DNA of 54,601 nt from positions 1-54,601 of IMG/VR virus record IMGVR_UViG_3300036715_000254. One strand, 5' to 3'. The notes under the pieces were generated by a model. The model was given only the letters and a program-made list of their open reading frames with translations. It was not told where the DNA came from and did not search any database. This stretch comes from a virus (Duplodnaviria > Caudoviricetes). Position numbers and translations under genes: made by a program. Every line of letters starts with the position of its first letter. Within the stretch, counting starts at the first letter, position 1. Positions 9,134 through 18,257 of this stretch are shown here, piece after piece.

Positions 9134-9952
9134 ATGGTAACAAAGAAAAAAGCTCCAGCACTCTTCGTAGCTGAGGCAATCCAAAATGGTGCTGAAACGA
9201 AATATAGTGGTGCTCAAAAGCGTATAGACCAAGTAGAAAGCGATAACCACAAAAATTATCACCAGCCAGTTAGTAACGGCCTCAAGATTAAGTTAGACCA
9301 TTTAAAGACATTTGACGCGCTGACGCCAAACCAACAAATCTTCTATGACATGTACAATCGTGGTGATTACTGTATGGGAGTATTAGGTTCCGCAGGTACT
9401 GGAAAAACGTTTATTTCCCTGTACAAAGCATTGGAAGAAGTTCTGGATAAGTCGAATCCATTCCGCCAAATGGTTGTTGTTCGCTCTTGCGTCCCAACTC
9501 GTAACGTTGGATTCTTGCCAGGTTCGTTGGAGGAGAAGCAAGAGATTTACGAACTCCCATATAAGGAAATTGCTGCTACATTGTTTGACCGTTCGGATGC
9601 TTGGGACCGTTTAAAAGAGCAAAACTATGCTCGATTCATTAGTACAACCGCTATTCGTGGTATCTCGATTGACGATTCAATTGTTGTAGTTGATGAGTTA
9701 CAAAACATGACGATGCAAGAGCTAGACACGATTATCACCCGTGTTGGTTACCGTTCCAAGATTATCTTTGTTGGTGACATAAAGCAGACAGATTTAGTAA
9801 CGTCTAAATACGATGTATCAGGATTGCCACAGTTCATTAAGATTTTGAACAACATGAATGATTACAGTGAAATTGAATTTACGAGTGACGATATTGTGAG
9901 AAGCAGTTTGGTCCGCAACTATATTATTGCCAAAGAGTGTATGGGGTATTAA
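9134..9952 (+). CDS. phoH: PhoH-family ATPase
   Basis: GSAGTGKT, GFLPG, RGISI, DELQN, GDIKQTD, DIVRS. Confidence 0.95.
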   Translation: MVTKKKAPALFVAEAIQNGAETKYSGAQKRIDQVESDNHKNYHQPVSNGLKIKLDHLKTFDALTPNQQIFYDMYNRGDYCMGVLGSAGTGKTFISLYKALEEVLDKSNPFRQMVVVRSCVPTRNVGFLPGSLEEKQEIYELPYKEIAATLFDRSDAWDRLKEQNYARFISTTAIRGISIDDSIVVVDELQNMTMQELDTIITRVGYRSKIIFVGDIKQTDLVTSKYDVSGLPQFIKILNNMNDYSEIEFTSDDIVRSSLVRNYIIAKECMGY

Positions 9953-9953
9953 A

Positions 9954-10556
9954 ATGATCACTTTAGATCAATTTGTGGCGATTCTGCCACAGTGTAACGA
10001 GCCAGAAGAATGGTGTGAGATTATCGCTAGTGAACTTCCGGAATGGGGTTTCGAAACAAGAGAACAGGTAGCGGGATTTATCGCACAAACTGCTCATGAG
10101 TCGTCATCTTATAATATATTGGCTGAGAATTTGAATTATAGTGGTGACCGGCTTGCTGTTGTATTTCCGAAATATTTTAAGAACGTTGATGTTAAGCCAT
10201 ATCACCGAAATCCTCAAGCTATTGCTAATCGTGTTTATGCTAATCGCATGGGTAACGGCAATGCTGATTCTGGTGACGGTTATCGCTTTAGGGGACGCGG
10301 TGTACTTCAAGTCACAGGAAAAGCGAACTACATGCACTGTAGTCAAGAGCTCTTTGGGCAAGAAGAGGTTCTTCTAGACGACCCGGACTTGCTTCTACAT
10401 AAGCCAAATGCTTTAGGTAGTGCATTATGGTTCTGGAAAGCTAACAATCTATTGTCAGTAACTGACTTCATATTGTTGACTAAGAAGATCAATGGTGGTA
10501 CGATTGGACTAGAACATCGTCAGTCAATCTATAACAAAGCACTTTCTATTCTTTGA
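9954..10556 (+). CDS. Glycoside hydrolase family 19 endolysin
   Basis: AQTAHES, ENLNYS, RFRGRGVLQVTGKANY, INGG motifs. Confidence 0.9.
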   Translation: MITLDQFVAILPQCNEPEEWCEIIASELPEWGFETREQVAGFIAQTAHESSSYNILAENLNYSGDRLAVVFPKYFKNVDVKPYHRNPQAIANRVYANRMGNGNADSGDGYRFRGRGVLQVTGKANYMHCSQELFGQEEVLLDDPDLLLHKPNALGSALWFWKANNLLSVTDFILLTKKINGGTIGLEHRQSIYNKALSIL

Positions 10557-10568
10557 ACTCACAGAGTA

Positions 10569-10601
10569 ATTATAGCAAAACTTTCTCAGACTCCAAATAA
10601 T
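10569..10601 (-). promoter_or_regulatory. Antisense promoter pointing into the endolysin 3' end
   Basis: Minus strand ATTATTTGGA-N17-TATAAT with extended TG; same geometry at 41286-41319. Confidence 0.7.
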
Positions 10602-10607
10602 GTTATG

Positions 10608-10640
10608 TTATTTGGAGTTTTCCTTTGAGTGTGTTATATT
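10608..10640 (+). promoter_or_regulatory. TTATTTGGA-box promoter for the exonuclease
   Basis: TTATTTGGA 10608-10616, TGtTATATT 10632-10640; ATG at 10646. Confidence 0.65.
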
Positions 10641-10645
10641 ACAAT

Positions 10646-11296
10646 ATGGCTCAATTTGTTGTATATGATATTCCTGTCTGCGAACAGATAAACTCTGAAT
10701 CTGGGCGGCGCTACAAGACACCTAACGGTGACATCTACCCAAGCGTCACGACAGTCTTGTCCAGCATACCAATGCCGTTTATAGATAACTGGCGACGTAA
10801 AGTGGGCGAAGAGACAGCTAAGAAGATTAGCGATGCAGCCGCCAAACGAGGAAGTAAGATCCATGGTTGGTGTGAGCAATATCTCATGAAACAAGCGATA
10901 ACACATTCCCCATTTGAACACGAAGCAACGATGATGTTCAAGAACATGAAACCGGAGCTGGACAAGTTTGATGAGGTCCATGCACTGGAAACACGTCTAT
11001 GGAGCGACAAACTCCGGGTTGCTGGTACTGTGGACTGTATCGCTAAGATTGATGGCGTTTTCTACATAGTCGATTTTAAGACGTCAAGACAGCTCAAGAA
11101 CCGGGCTGATATCCCCTCTTATTTCATGCAATGTGCCGCTTATGCTGTTGCTTGGTACGAAAGAACGGGGATTGCTATAGCGAAAATGCGGGTAATAATT
11201 ACTACACAAGATTACGGTGTGCTAGTATTTGATGAGAACGTTAAGGATTGGGTTCCACAGTTTATTGAGCTACGGAAGAAGTTCGATTCACTTTAA
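10646..11296 (+). CDS. PD-(D/E)XK exonuclease (RecB/Cas4-like)
   Basis: YPSVTTVL, RGSKIH, AGTVDC, IVDFKTS, QCAAYA. Confidence 0.9.
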   Translation: MAQFVVYDIPVCEQINSESGRRYKTPNGDIYPSVTTVLSSIPMPFIDNWRRKVGEETAKKISDAAAKRGSKIHGWCEQYLMKQAITHSPFEHEATMMFKNMKPELDKFDEVHALETRLWSDKLRVAGTVDCIAKIDGVFYIVDFKTSRQLKNRADIPSYFMQCAAYAVAWYERTGIAIAKMRVIITTQDYGVLVFDENVKDWVPQFIELRKKFDSL

Positions 11297-11315
11297 TTCC
11301 TTTCTGTGTTATAAT
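11287..11315 (+). promoter_or_regulatory. Early-type promoter
   Basis: TTCACT 11287-11292, 17 nt spacer, TATAAT 11310-11315. Confidence 0.85.
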
Positions 11316-11342
11316 AATGACATGGGTAACACAGGAACACAT

Positions 11343-11579
11343 ATGGTACAAGTAGGCGATATAGTTAAGTGTTTGGATTTCCCAGGCAATCATGATCACT
11401 TTATGATTGGCGAAGTGTTGATCATCAACGAAGATGACTGCATGATGACTATAAAGACTATCGCTTGCTATCGCGACGGTGACTTTGTCTCCAAGTTCTC
11501 TCCAACGTTTACGACCGCTCTCCCTGGTCACAACATGTTTGATACCGCGGTTCCCAGCCGCGTCACATTTGCTTGTTAA
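11343..11579 (+). CDS. Early hypothetical protein (SH3-like)
   Basis: AGGA RBS before ATG 11343; alternative in-frame ATG 11322. Confidence 0.7.
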   Translation: MVQVGDIVKCLDFPGNHDHFMIGEVLIINEDDCMMTIKTIACYRDGDFVSKFSPTFTTALPGHNMFDTAVPSRVTFAC

Positions 11580-11588
11580 AGGAAAAAT

Positions 11589-11876
11589 ATGAAATCAGCA
11601 GTAGATATTCGTCAACAAATTGAACAACTCTCACTTGAGTTGCTGGAAGCCGAACGGCGTGAAAATGAAGACGGACAGCGCAACGCTCTCCGTCTCATCA
11701 CAGAAAAGATGGCTTTGGTAACTAAAGTCATTCAAGAAGTACAGGAGCTCTCATCCGATTATGGGCTGTCATTCTACTGGGAAGGTCCCGGCGGTTTGAG
11801 CGGAGATTTGTACAGCGGCGAATGGACTATGTCCGGCTCAACTGAAAACTGGCAATCTAGCAACCAATCATGTTAA
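11589..11876 (+). CDS. Small protein ending WQSSNQSC
   Basis: AAGGA RBS; C-terminus resembles that of the next gene. Confidence 0.75.
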   Translation: MKSAVDIRQQIEQLSLELLEAERRENEDGQRNALRLITEKMALVTKVIQEVQELSSDYGLSFYWEGPGGLSGDLYSGEWTMSGSTENWQSSNQSC

Positions 11877-11885
11877 GGAAAGAAA

Positions 11886-12104
11886 ATGGTAGCACAAAAG
11901 ACTCCGAAGAAGATTTTAGTTAAAGTAGAACGCACTCAACGCGATGCTTTGTCTAAAATCACATCAAATATGCGAGAGGTTTATCGCCTGTTGCGTGAAA
12001 ACAAAACACTGGCTAAATCGGTTGGTTTAGAATTCTGTCCAGATTACGAACTAGAAAACCTTGGTTTCGATATGGGTAGCTGGGACTCAAGCAACTGTTA
12101 TTGA
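11886..12104 (+). CDS. Small protein ending WDSSNCY
   Basis: AAGGA RBS; shares helical body and WxSSN..C tail with previous gene. Confidence 0.75.
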   Translation: MVAQKTPKKILVKVERTQRDALSKITSNMREVYRLLRENKTLAKSVGLEFCPDYELENLGFDMGSWDSSNCY

Positions 12105-12113
12105 GGAATAATT

Positions 12114-13064
12114 GTGGGTAATATTATATTGGTTGGTGGTTATGCTATGCGTGATTGCGGTTTCAGCCGCCCTCACGCTGCCAGCGTGGACCTTGATATT
12201 ATCGGGAAGTACAATGATGTGATCAGTTTCATTCGTACTCACAAAATCCTATCTTGTGTTCCAGATGATGGTGGTAACAAGATTATCGCAAAGGTCGCAC
12301 CATCTGAATTGAATGGATTTGCATACCGAATCATTGAAGCAGAAATTGCTTGGAGTGGTTCTACAGCCGCTGAGTTTATGGACTTGGTTGGAGATTTACA
12401 CTGGAGTGGTATAACTACTGGTGGAACAAAATTCTTGGTTCCCAACATGTCACAAATGTATGCACTAAAGATGAGCCACCGTTATCTGCGCAACAATCCA
12501 CATTTCGTTAAAACGATGCTAGACATCAAGTTGATGCGTAGTGAAGGTGGATTCTCTGGAATTCCAGAAGATCTGATTCCTTGGTTTATGAAACGCGAAG
12601 CAGCAACTTACACTTACACCCATCCAAAACTGAACGTGAGTAAAGATGCTTTCTTCAAGGACGATGTTCCGTACATTTACGATCACGACACTATCCACGA
12701 AGCAGTTAAGATTGGCGATCGTCCAGCTTACACTTACTTTCTAGAAGGTCAAGTTAAGACTTCCAAGAAACTATTTAACTTGCTACCCGAGCATGTAAAA
12801 TTGCGCGCAGTTTACGAAGAAGTTTGCGTATTGGCGCTGGAACGTAGCATTATTCCATACGGTTTGAATGGCGGCAATGGTGAGATGCAATTCATTATGG
12901 CTTTGCAAAAGGTTTGTACTAGCATCACTAGCGGTTGGTTCCGTGAGTACGCATGGGAAAACTATAACGTAGTTCTGGCAATGTTCAATCCTACTTTTAT
13001 CAGTAGATTTAACATCGCCCTGAATACGGGAGACATTCTCCCGTTCAAGGGTACTAAATACTAA
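12114..13064 (+). CDS. Putative nucleotidyltransferase-fold phage protein (DUF7275-like)
   Basis: LVGG...DLD at N-terminus; KMSHRYL, YDHDTIHE, CTSITSGWFRE motifs. Confidence 0.6.
   Translation: MGNIILVGGYAMRDCGFSRPHAASVDLDIIGKYNDVISFIRTHKILSCVPDDGGNKIIAKVAPSELNGFAYRIIEAEIAWSGSTAAEFMDLVGDLHWSGITTGGTKFLVPNMSQMYALKMSHRYLRNNPHFVKTMLDIKLMRSEGGFSGIPEDLIPWFMKREAATYTYTHPKLNVSKDAFFKDDVPYIYDHDTIHEAVKIGDRPAYTYFLEGQVKTSKKLFNLLPEHVKLRAVYEEVCVLALERSIIPYGLNGGNGEMQFIMALQKVCTSITSGWFREYAWENYNVVLAMFNPTFISRFNIALNTGDILPFKGTKY
13053..13060 (+). promoter_or_regulatory. T4 late-like promoter (ACTAAATA)
   Basis: Same octamer as 14571, 20959, 38640; 26 nt upstream of ATG 13087. Confidence 0.5.
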
Positions 13065-13086
13065 TCCCGTCTTTAAAAGGTAACAT

Positions 13087-13506
13087 ATGCAATCAGTAAT
13101 GCTAAATCCAGGCAAGTATTGGGTCGGAAGTCCTGATCTTGTCTTTAATAGCTTTAAGCCGAATGCGACATTCGCATACAAGTGTGGTGAGTACTCATTT
13201 ATTACATTCAAGTATGGCGAAAAGTACATTGCAGCAATCCCATTTGATGCTCTTGAGTATGGCGATAAAATGCCGGAACTGACATACTCTAATGTCATGA
13301 CATTCACGAATGAAGCTCACTTCTTCTCGGATGGTGTGAATGGCTGTATTAACGGAGTTGAGTTAGGTGTGCTCGGCGGAACTGGAAAATCTAGTTCAGA
13401 AGAACTGACTGAAGAAGTCCTATCTAACCTTCCACACATCACTGGTGGATCCAATCCTATTGACTTCCCGAAGAAAACGAAAGCGGCTAAGCCGCTCACG
13501 GTTTGA
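13087..13506 (+). CDS. Hypothetical protein
   Basis: AAGG RBS. Confidence 0.65.
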   Translation: MQSVMLNPGKYWVGSPDLVFNSFKPNATFAYKCGEYSFITFKYGEKYIAAIPFDALEYGDKMPELTYSNVMTFTNEAHFFSDGVNGCINGVELGVLGGTGKSSSEELTEEVLSNLPHITGGSNPIDFPKKTKAAKPLTV

Positions 13507-13934
13507 AGTGGATTATTGCAGTCATAGGACTGCTAATTCCACTTTCTATCTATAGTCAACCAGTTCCAGATTTTCCGTTTTCCTTGAAAGAGCTCCGATG
13601 TTTGGAGCTCAACATATATTATGAAGCTCGGGGAGAGAGCGATAGGGGTAAGATTGCAGTAGGTTTTGTAACACTTAATCGAGCAAAGAACCCTAATTTT
13701 CCTAAAACCATTTGTGATGTAGTTTACCAGAAGTATCAGTTTTCTTGGGTCCAGCAGTACCCAAAGCATGCTAATACTAAAGTTGATCCAAAGATAACTG
13801 AAATTGCTATAGACTTATTATCCAATAAATACCGCGACTTTACTCGCGGCGCATTGTTCTTTCATAACGCTGAAGTGGAGTCGTTCAACCGAACTGTGGT
13901 AGCACAAATCGGTTCACATACATTTTATCGTTAG
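13503..13934 (+). CDS. Cell-wall hydrolase, SleB/Hydrolase_2 family, with signal peptide
   Basis: CLELNIYYEARGE, VTLNR, ICDVVYQKYQFSW, IGSHTFY. Confidence 0.9.
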   Translation: MKWIIAVIGLLIPLSIYSQPVPDFPFSLKELRCLELNIYYEARGESDRGKIAVGFVTLNRAKNPNFPKTICDVVYQKYQFSWVQQYPKHANTKVDPKITEIAIDLLSNKYRDFTRGALFFHNAEVESFNRTVVAQIGSHTFYR

Positions 13935-13941
13935 GGACACT

Positions 13942-14529
13942 ATGGCACGTAAAAATAACTCTATTGAAGATGAGATTGAACAAGAAAAGTCGCCCGGTCT
14001 AAGTTTGCTATTTGGTGAGATTACAACCGAATTAGTTGCTGAAACTATTGCATGGATCCTTACTGAGAACCTATCCGAAAATCCTCCTGATCAGCTAACG
14101 CTATTGATTAACTCGCCTGGTGGTGATTTGTCAGCAGCATTTGCTCTGATTGAGATTATACAAGGTAGTCGTATTCCAGTCCGTACAGTCGGTCTGGGTG
14201 AGATTTGTTCAGCTGGATTGATTATTTTCATGAGCGGAACAAGGGGTCATCGTATCCTTACACCAACTTGCAGTGTAATGAGTCACCACTTTAGCACTGG
14301 AGTAAGCGGTAACTTCCATGAGATTTTAAACGTACAGAAGGAATTGAACTTTATGAATCGCCGTATCATCAACCAATATGTGCATTGCACCGGATTATCT
14401 GAAGATGAAGTAACATCGAAGCTAATCCCATCGCGAGATGTATTCTTGTCACCACAAGATGCCGTTGAGCTTGGTATTGCTGACGATATTCGGGGAGTTG
14501 GTGCACCACCAAACAAGCTAAAACAGTAA
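13942..14529 (+). CDS. clpP: ClpP-like serine protease
   Basis: LLINSPGG, ICSAG (catalytic Ser), MSHH, FLSPQDAVELGIAD. Confidence 0.88.
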   Translation: MARKNNSIEDEIEQEKSPGLSLLFGEITTELVAETIAWILTENLSENPPDQLTLLINSPGGDLSAAFALIEIIQGSRIPVRTVGLGEICSAGLIIFMSGTRGHRILTPTCSVMSHHFSTGVSGNFHEILNVQKELNFMNRRIINQYVHCTGLSEDEVTSKLIPSRDVFLSPQDAVELGIADDIRGVGAPPNKLKQ

Positions 14530-14534
14530 CAAGC

Positions 14535-14556
14535 AAGGGATTCAAAAGAATCCCTT
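14535..14556. terminator. Hairpin after clpP (terminator-like, lacks U-tract)
   Basis: AAGGGATTC-AAAA-GAATCCCTT perfect 9-bp stem. Confidence 0.55.
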
Positions 14557-14570
14557 CGTCATCTAGAGTC

Positions 14571-14578
14571 ACTAAATA
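14571..14578 (+). promoter_or_regulatory. T4 late-like promoter (ACTAAATA)
   Basis: Intergenic, starts the structural/late region. Confidence 0.65.
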
Positions 14579-14612
14579 ATATGAGTTAAACCCTTTTATT
14601 GATTGAGATTAT

Positions 14613-16160
14613 ATGACCAATTATGCAATATTACTGCAGGAAGCTATTGCTAACGCTGCATTCCCAAAAGCTTCTAAACTTATCCAATCGTACTTGAAAA
14701 AGCACCTAGGTACGACTCGTGTATATCTGTATCCAGAGCCAGAACACTTTAAGAGTGGTGGGCGTGCTGGAGTTGGAATTCGCTATTTCATCAACGCAAT
14801 GGAAAGTGTGCGTTTTAACTGGTTGTCTGATACATCAGTTGATACGTCAAAGAATCTAATGTCTGTGGACTATTGGGATGGGCACGGTCATGGAAATAAG
14901 CCGTCATATCGTATGACATTTGATAAGTCACAAAGCCTAGTTAAGTCACTACCGCTTATTGTAAACTTCATTCAGACTCCGGTCATGGGTGATACATTAT
15001 GGGTTGAAGAATCAAATATTATGGAATCAGCAGTAGCAAACATGAACGCATCGTTCAGTACAATTATTGAAGCTCGTGCAAGCGGTGGAAACATCCTGCC
15101 AACAATCAGCAACGTTATCCGCGCATTTAGTCAAGGTCTAAACTTGAAGGATATGCGTAACGACAGTAGCATTGGAACTGGATATGATAAAGTGGTCATG
15201 GCGGCTCGTGAACTTTATCCACAGTTCTTTGAGAAGCAAGGTGTGTCCGTTGTATTTTCAAACAAGCATAATGCAACAAAACTTGACGCTGGTAAGCTGG
15301 CGGCTAAACTTGGTATCCAGGGTGTATCTGCTAAAGTGAGTGTTGGTGGTGTTGAAACTATTATTGCCCCAGCAGCTATTGAAACAATGGAAGAGAACCT
15401 TCCACGTATATGTTACGAAGAGCAATTAGATGACTTGCGCCGGGCGATGGTATTGTTGATGAGCAATGCTACTCAATCCCTATATTTGGGTGGGCGTGGT
15501 GGTGTTGGTAAGACTGCCGTTGTAGAAGAAGAACTTCACAAACGTGGACTAAGTGATGGGGAAGGTTATTTCAAGATTACTGGATCTGCTTCCACTGCCG
15601 GTATCTACCGTATCCTTTACATTCACCGTAAGGACATTCTGTTGTTTGACGATAGCGATGGAGCACTTGCCGATCAAGACTCCCGTAACCTGTTCAAAGC
15701 AGCTTCCGATACCAAGAAGGTGCGTAAGATTGCTTGGATGAAAGCTGGTAAGAACTACGTTGATCCAGACGACATTGATGAGGATGACGAAGATAGCGAT
15801 CCGGATATACTGCCACGTTACTTTGACTTTACTGGTAAGATTATCTTTATCAGTAACTTGAAGCTAGACAAATTGGATCCGGACGGTGCTTTGCGCACTC
15901 GTGGATATGTTTTGAACATTGATCCAACAGATGAAGAAGTGTATAACTACATGGGTAAGATTGTTGATAAGATTAAACTGGATGTAGACCATGATCTAAC
16001 AAGTAAGCAACGCCAAGAGGTTATTGACATTCTGCGCACTCGTCGTTTGAAGGAAGGCGGAGCAAACCTGCGTCAGCTGGTTCGTGGTCTAAACACAATG
16101 GCAGGTATATTGGCGGGCGGCGGTACTGATTACCATAACATGATTTTACGTTATGCCTGA
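14613..16160 (+). CDS. P-loop (AAA-type) ATPase with unknown N-terminal domain
   Basis: Walker A GRGGVGKT, Walker B LLFDDSD, IIFISN. Confidence 0.8.
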   Translation: MTNYAILLQEAIANAAFPKASKLIQSYLKKHLGTTRVYLYPEPEHFKSGGRAGVGIRYFINAMESVRFNWLSDTSVDTSKNLMSVDYWDGHGHGNKPSYRMTFDKSQSLVKSLPLIVNFIQTPVMGDTLWVEESNIMESAVANMNASFSTIIEARASGGNILPTISNVIRAFSQGLNLKDMRNDSSIGTGYDKVVMAARELYPQFFEKQGVSVVFSNKHNATKLDAGKLAAKLGIQGVSAKVSVGGVETIIAPAAIETMEENLPRICYEEQLDDLRRAMVLLMSNATQSLYLGGRGGVGKTAVVEEELHKRGLSDGEGYFKITGSASTAGIYRILYIHRKDILLFDDSDGALADQDSRNLFKAASDTKKVRKIAWMKAGKNYVDPDDIDEDDEDSDPDILPRYFDFTGKIIFISNLKLDKLDPDGALRTRGYVLNIDPTDEEVYNYMGKIVDKIKLDVDHDLTSKQRQEVIDILRTRRLKEGGANLRQLVRGLNTMAGILAGGGTDYHNMILRYA

Positions 16161-16275
16161 AGAAAGGAAACACTTGCCTTCTTTATCACTATCACCACAA
16201 TTGGATGTTGCTTTAAAAGAACGTTACATATGTCAACTAAGTGAACTACCTAAATCGGAAATGTCATTCAAATGA
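16153..16275 (+). CDS. Possible 40-aa ORF bridging neighbouring genes
   Basis: Hand-translated MPEERKHLPS...; overlaps upstream stop and downstream ATG (ATGA). Confidence 0.35.
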   Translation: MPEERKHLPSLSLSPQLDVALKERYICQLSELPKSEMSFK

Positions 16276-17501
16276 AATCGTTTAAGCATTACATTAATGA
16301 AGCTGAGGTAAATAGCCACATGACTCACTTGAGTGATTTGGTATTTATCAGCGGTGTTGCTGGTACAAAGGAAGCAGTTAACTATCTGCGCGACCTCCGT
16401 AACCTATTTGGTCATGTACAGAAGAATGCGTATAGCGTAAAGTTTGACGGGGCGCCAGCAATCATCTGCGGTATTGATCCAAGCGACAAGCAGTTCTTCG
16501 TCGCTAAGAAGGGTATCTTTAACAAGACTCCAAAGGTGTACAAGACACAAGCAGATATTGATGCTGACTTAAGCGGTGAACTTGCTGATAAGTTTACTGT
16601 ACTATTGAAAGAGCTACCAAGCCTTGGGATTAGATCCGGTATCTACCAAGGCGACCTTATGTACACACACGATGATCTGAAACACGAAACAATCGACGGC
16701 GTGAAGATGGTTGTATTCCATCCTAACACAATCGCATATGCAGTTCCCGAAGATAGCGAACTAGCGCAACAGATTTTAGCATCTAAAATCGGGATGGTGT
16801 TCCACACTACCTATACTGGTAACAGTTTTGCTACACTGAAGGCAAACTTTGGGAAGAACATCGTAAACAAGTTCCAAGCTAGCAAATCAGTCTGGGCTAT
16901 TGATGCGACACTAAACAATCAAACAGCAAACTTTACATTGAACGATGCGGAGTACGCGCAAAGCGAAATCCTGTTAAAGGACATTGGACTACAGTTCCAA
17001 CAGATGCCAAGCGCACTCTTAAACAAAATGGTAAGCGATGAAGAGATTCGTTCGCTAGTCCTGATCTATATTAACTCGTTGGTTCGTAAGAACGTCAAAG
17101 ATATCAATCCTGTCGCAATGTCCAAAGGCTTCTTTGAGTTCATTGATACTCGTTACAATAAAGAAATCACATCTAAGAAAACTGAGAAGTCGCAGAACGC
17201 ACTCCATGAGAAGAAGCTCAAGGCATTAGAACTGTTCAAAGTTTATACACATGAACAGCTAGCAACCGTGTTTGAACTGGCAAAGAGTATTGACTTGCTC
17301 AAGGATATGCTTCTGACCAAGATGCGTAAGATTAACGGATTGAGTCATTTCATCAAGACAAAGGATGGATTTAAGGTAACAAGTCCGGAAGGATTTGTTG
17401 CGATATCCAGTACAAACGGAAGTGCAATTAAGCTAGTTGATCGCTTTGAATTTAGCCGTAACAACTGGGATCCTCTAATAACACGAGGTTGGCAGAAATG
17501 A
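16272..17501 (+). CDS. RNA-ligase-like nucleotidyltransferase (DUF6267-like)
   Basis: Ligase-type motifs SVKFDG, YQGDLM, PEGFV, IKLV; N-terminus MKSFKHYINE. Confidence 0.75.
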   Translation: MKSFKHYINEAEVNSHMTHLSDLVFISGVAGTKEAVNYLRDLRNLFGHVQKNAYSVKFDGAPAIICGIDPSDKQFFVAKKGIFNKTPKVYKTQADIDADLSGELADKFTVLLKELPSLGIRSGIYQGDLMYTHDDLKHETIDGVKMVVFHPNTIAYAVPEDSELAQQILASKIGMVFHTTYTGNSFATLKANFGKNIVNKFQASKSVWAIDATLNNQTANFTLNDAEYAQSEILLKDIGLQFQQMPSALLNKMVSDEEIRSLVLIYINSLVRKNVKDINPVAMSKGFFEFIDTRYNKEITSKKTEKSQNALHEKKLKALELFKVYTHEQLATVFELAKSIDLLKDMLLTKMRKINGLSHFIKTKDGFKVTSPEGFVAISSTNGSAIKLVDRFEFSRNNWDPLITRGWQK

Positions 17502-17524
17502 GTTTAAATGGGGTCAAGCAAACA

Positions 17525-17532
17525 TATAAATA
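17525..17532 (+). promoter_or_regulatory. T4 late promoter TATAAATA
   Basis: Exact consensus before AAGGAG and ATG 17549. Confidence 0.7.
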
Positions 17533-17548
17533 TTTCAAGGAGTATTAT

Positions 17549-17683
17549 ATGAAAAGTGGTTTTATCTATCTTTGGTGTGATACAAAAAGAAACAAATATT
17601 ATCTAGGTTCTCATGTTGGAAATATAGATGATGGTTGTATTGGAATGACAGTTAAAGAAGTAGGCTACTCATATGACATTTAA
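17549..17683 (+). pseudogene. Truncated GIY-YIG homing endonuclease remnant
   Basis: GFIYLW...YYLGSH.G..DDG N-terminus but only 44 aa; AT-rich. Confidence 0.75.
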
Positions 17684-18257
17684 ATCATATTTAAATGAAA
17701 GAGATCAAAAGGCAGCTATTGTTTGTAGTTTTTCGAGATTTCAACCACCAACAATTGGGCATGGTCTTCTGGTTAAGAAGGTAATGGAAACAGCTCGGAG
17801 CAAGCATTGTGATCATGTTATCTACTTGAGTAAGACGCAAGACCCCAAGAAGAATCCATTAGACGTGAACACAAAGGTAAAATGGGCAAAGTTGATGTTC
17901 CCCGGTGCTAATATTAAGGCTGCGGATGCAACATTACAGACTTTCATTGATATGGTCACCGCATTAAATACTGTATATAAAACACTGTATTTGGTAGCTG
18001 GTTCAGATCGTGTTCCTGAGTATCAGAAGCTGCTTGACAAATACAATGGAGTTGAGTATCATTACGATGTTCTACAAGTTGTCTCCGCAGGTGAGCGCGA
18101 CCCGGATGCTGATGGAGCCGCAGGTATGAGTGCTACAAAGATGCGTGAAGCAGCAAGTGCGAACAATTTAAGCAAGTTTAAAAAAGGACTTCCAAGTCAT
18201 GTGCAAAGTAAAGCACAAGCAATGATGGACGATGTTCGAAAGGGAATGGGACTGTAA
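17673..18257 (+). CDS. Cytidylyltransferase-like (HxGH-class) nucleotidyltransferase
   Basis: FSRFQPPTIGH, KNPL, AGSDR, MSATKMR. Confidence 0.85.
   Translation: MTFKSYLNERDQKAAIVCSFSRFQPPTIGHGLLVKKVMETARSKHCDHVIYLSKTQDPKKNPLDVNTKVKWAKLMFPGANIKAADATLQTFIDMVTALNTVYKTLYLVAGSDRVPEYQKLLDKYNGVEYHYDVLQVVSAGERDPDADGAAGMSATKMREAASANNLSKFKKGLPSHVQSKAQAMMDDVRKGMGL

Noticed and set aside
10646-11296. Cas4 as part of a CRISPR-Cas system
   Set aside because: No Fe-S cysteine cluster pattern, no other cas genes and no array; typical T4-like exonuclease.
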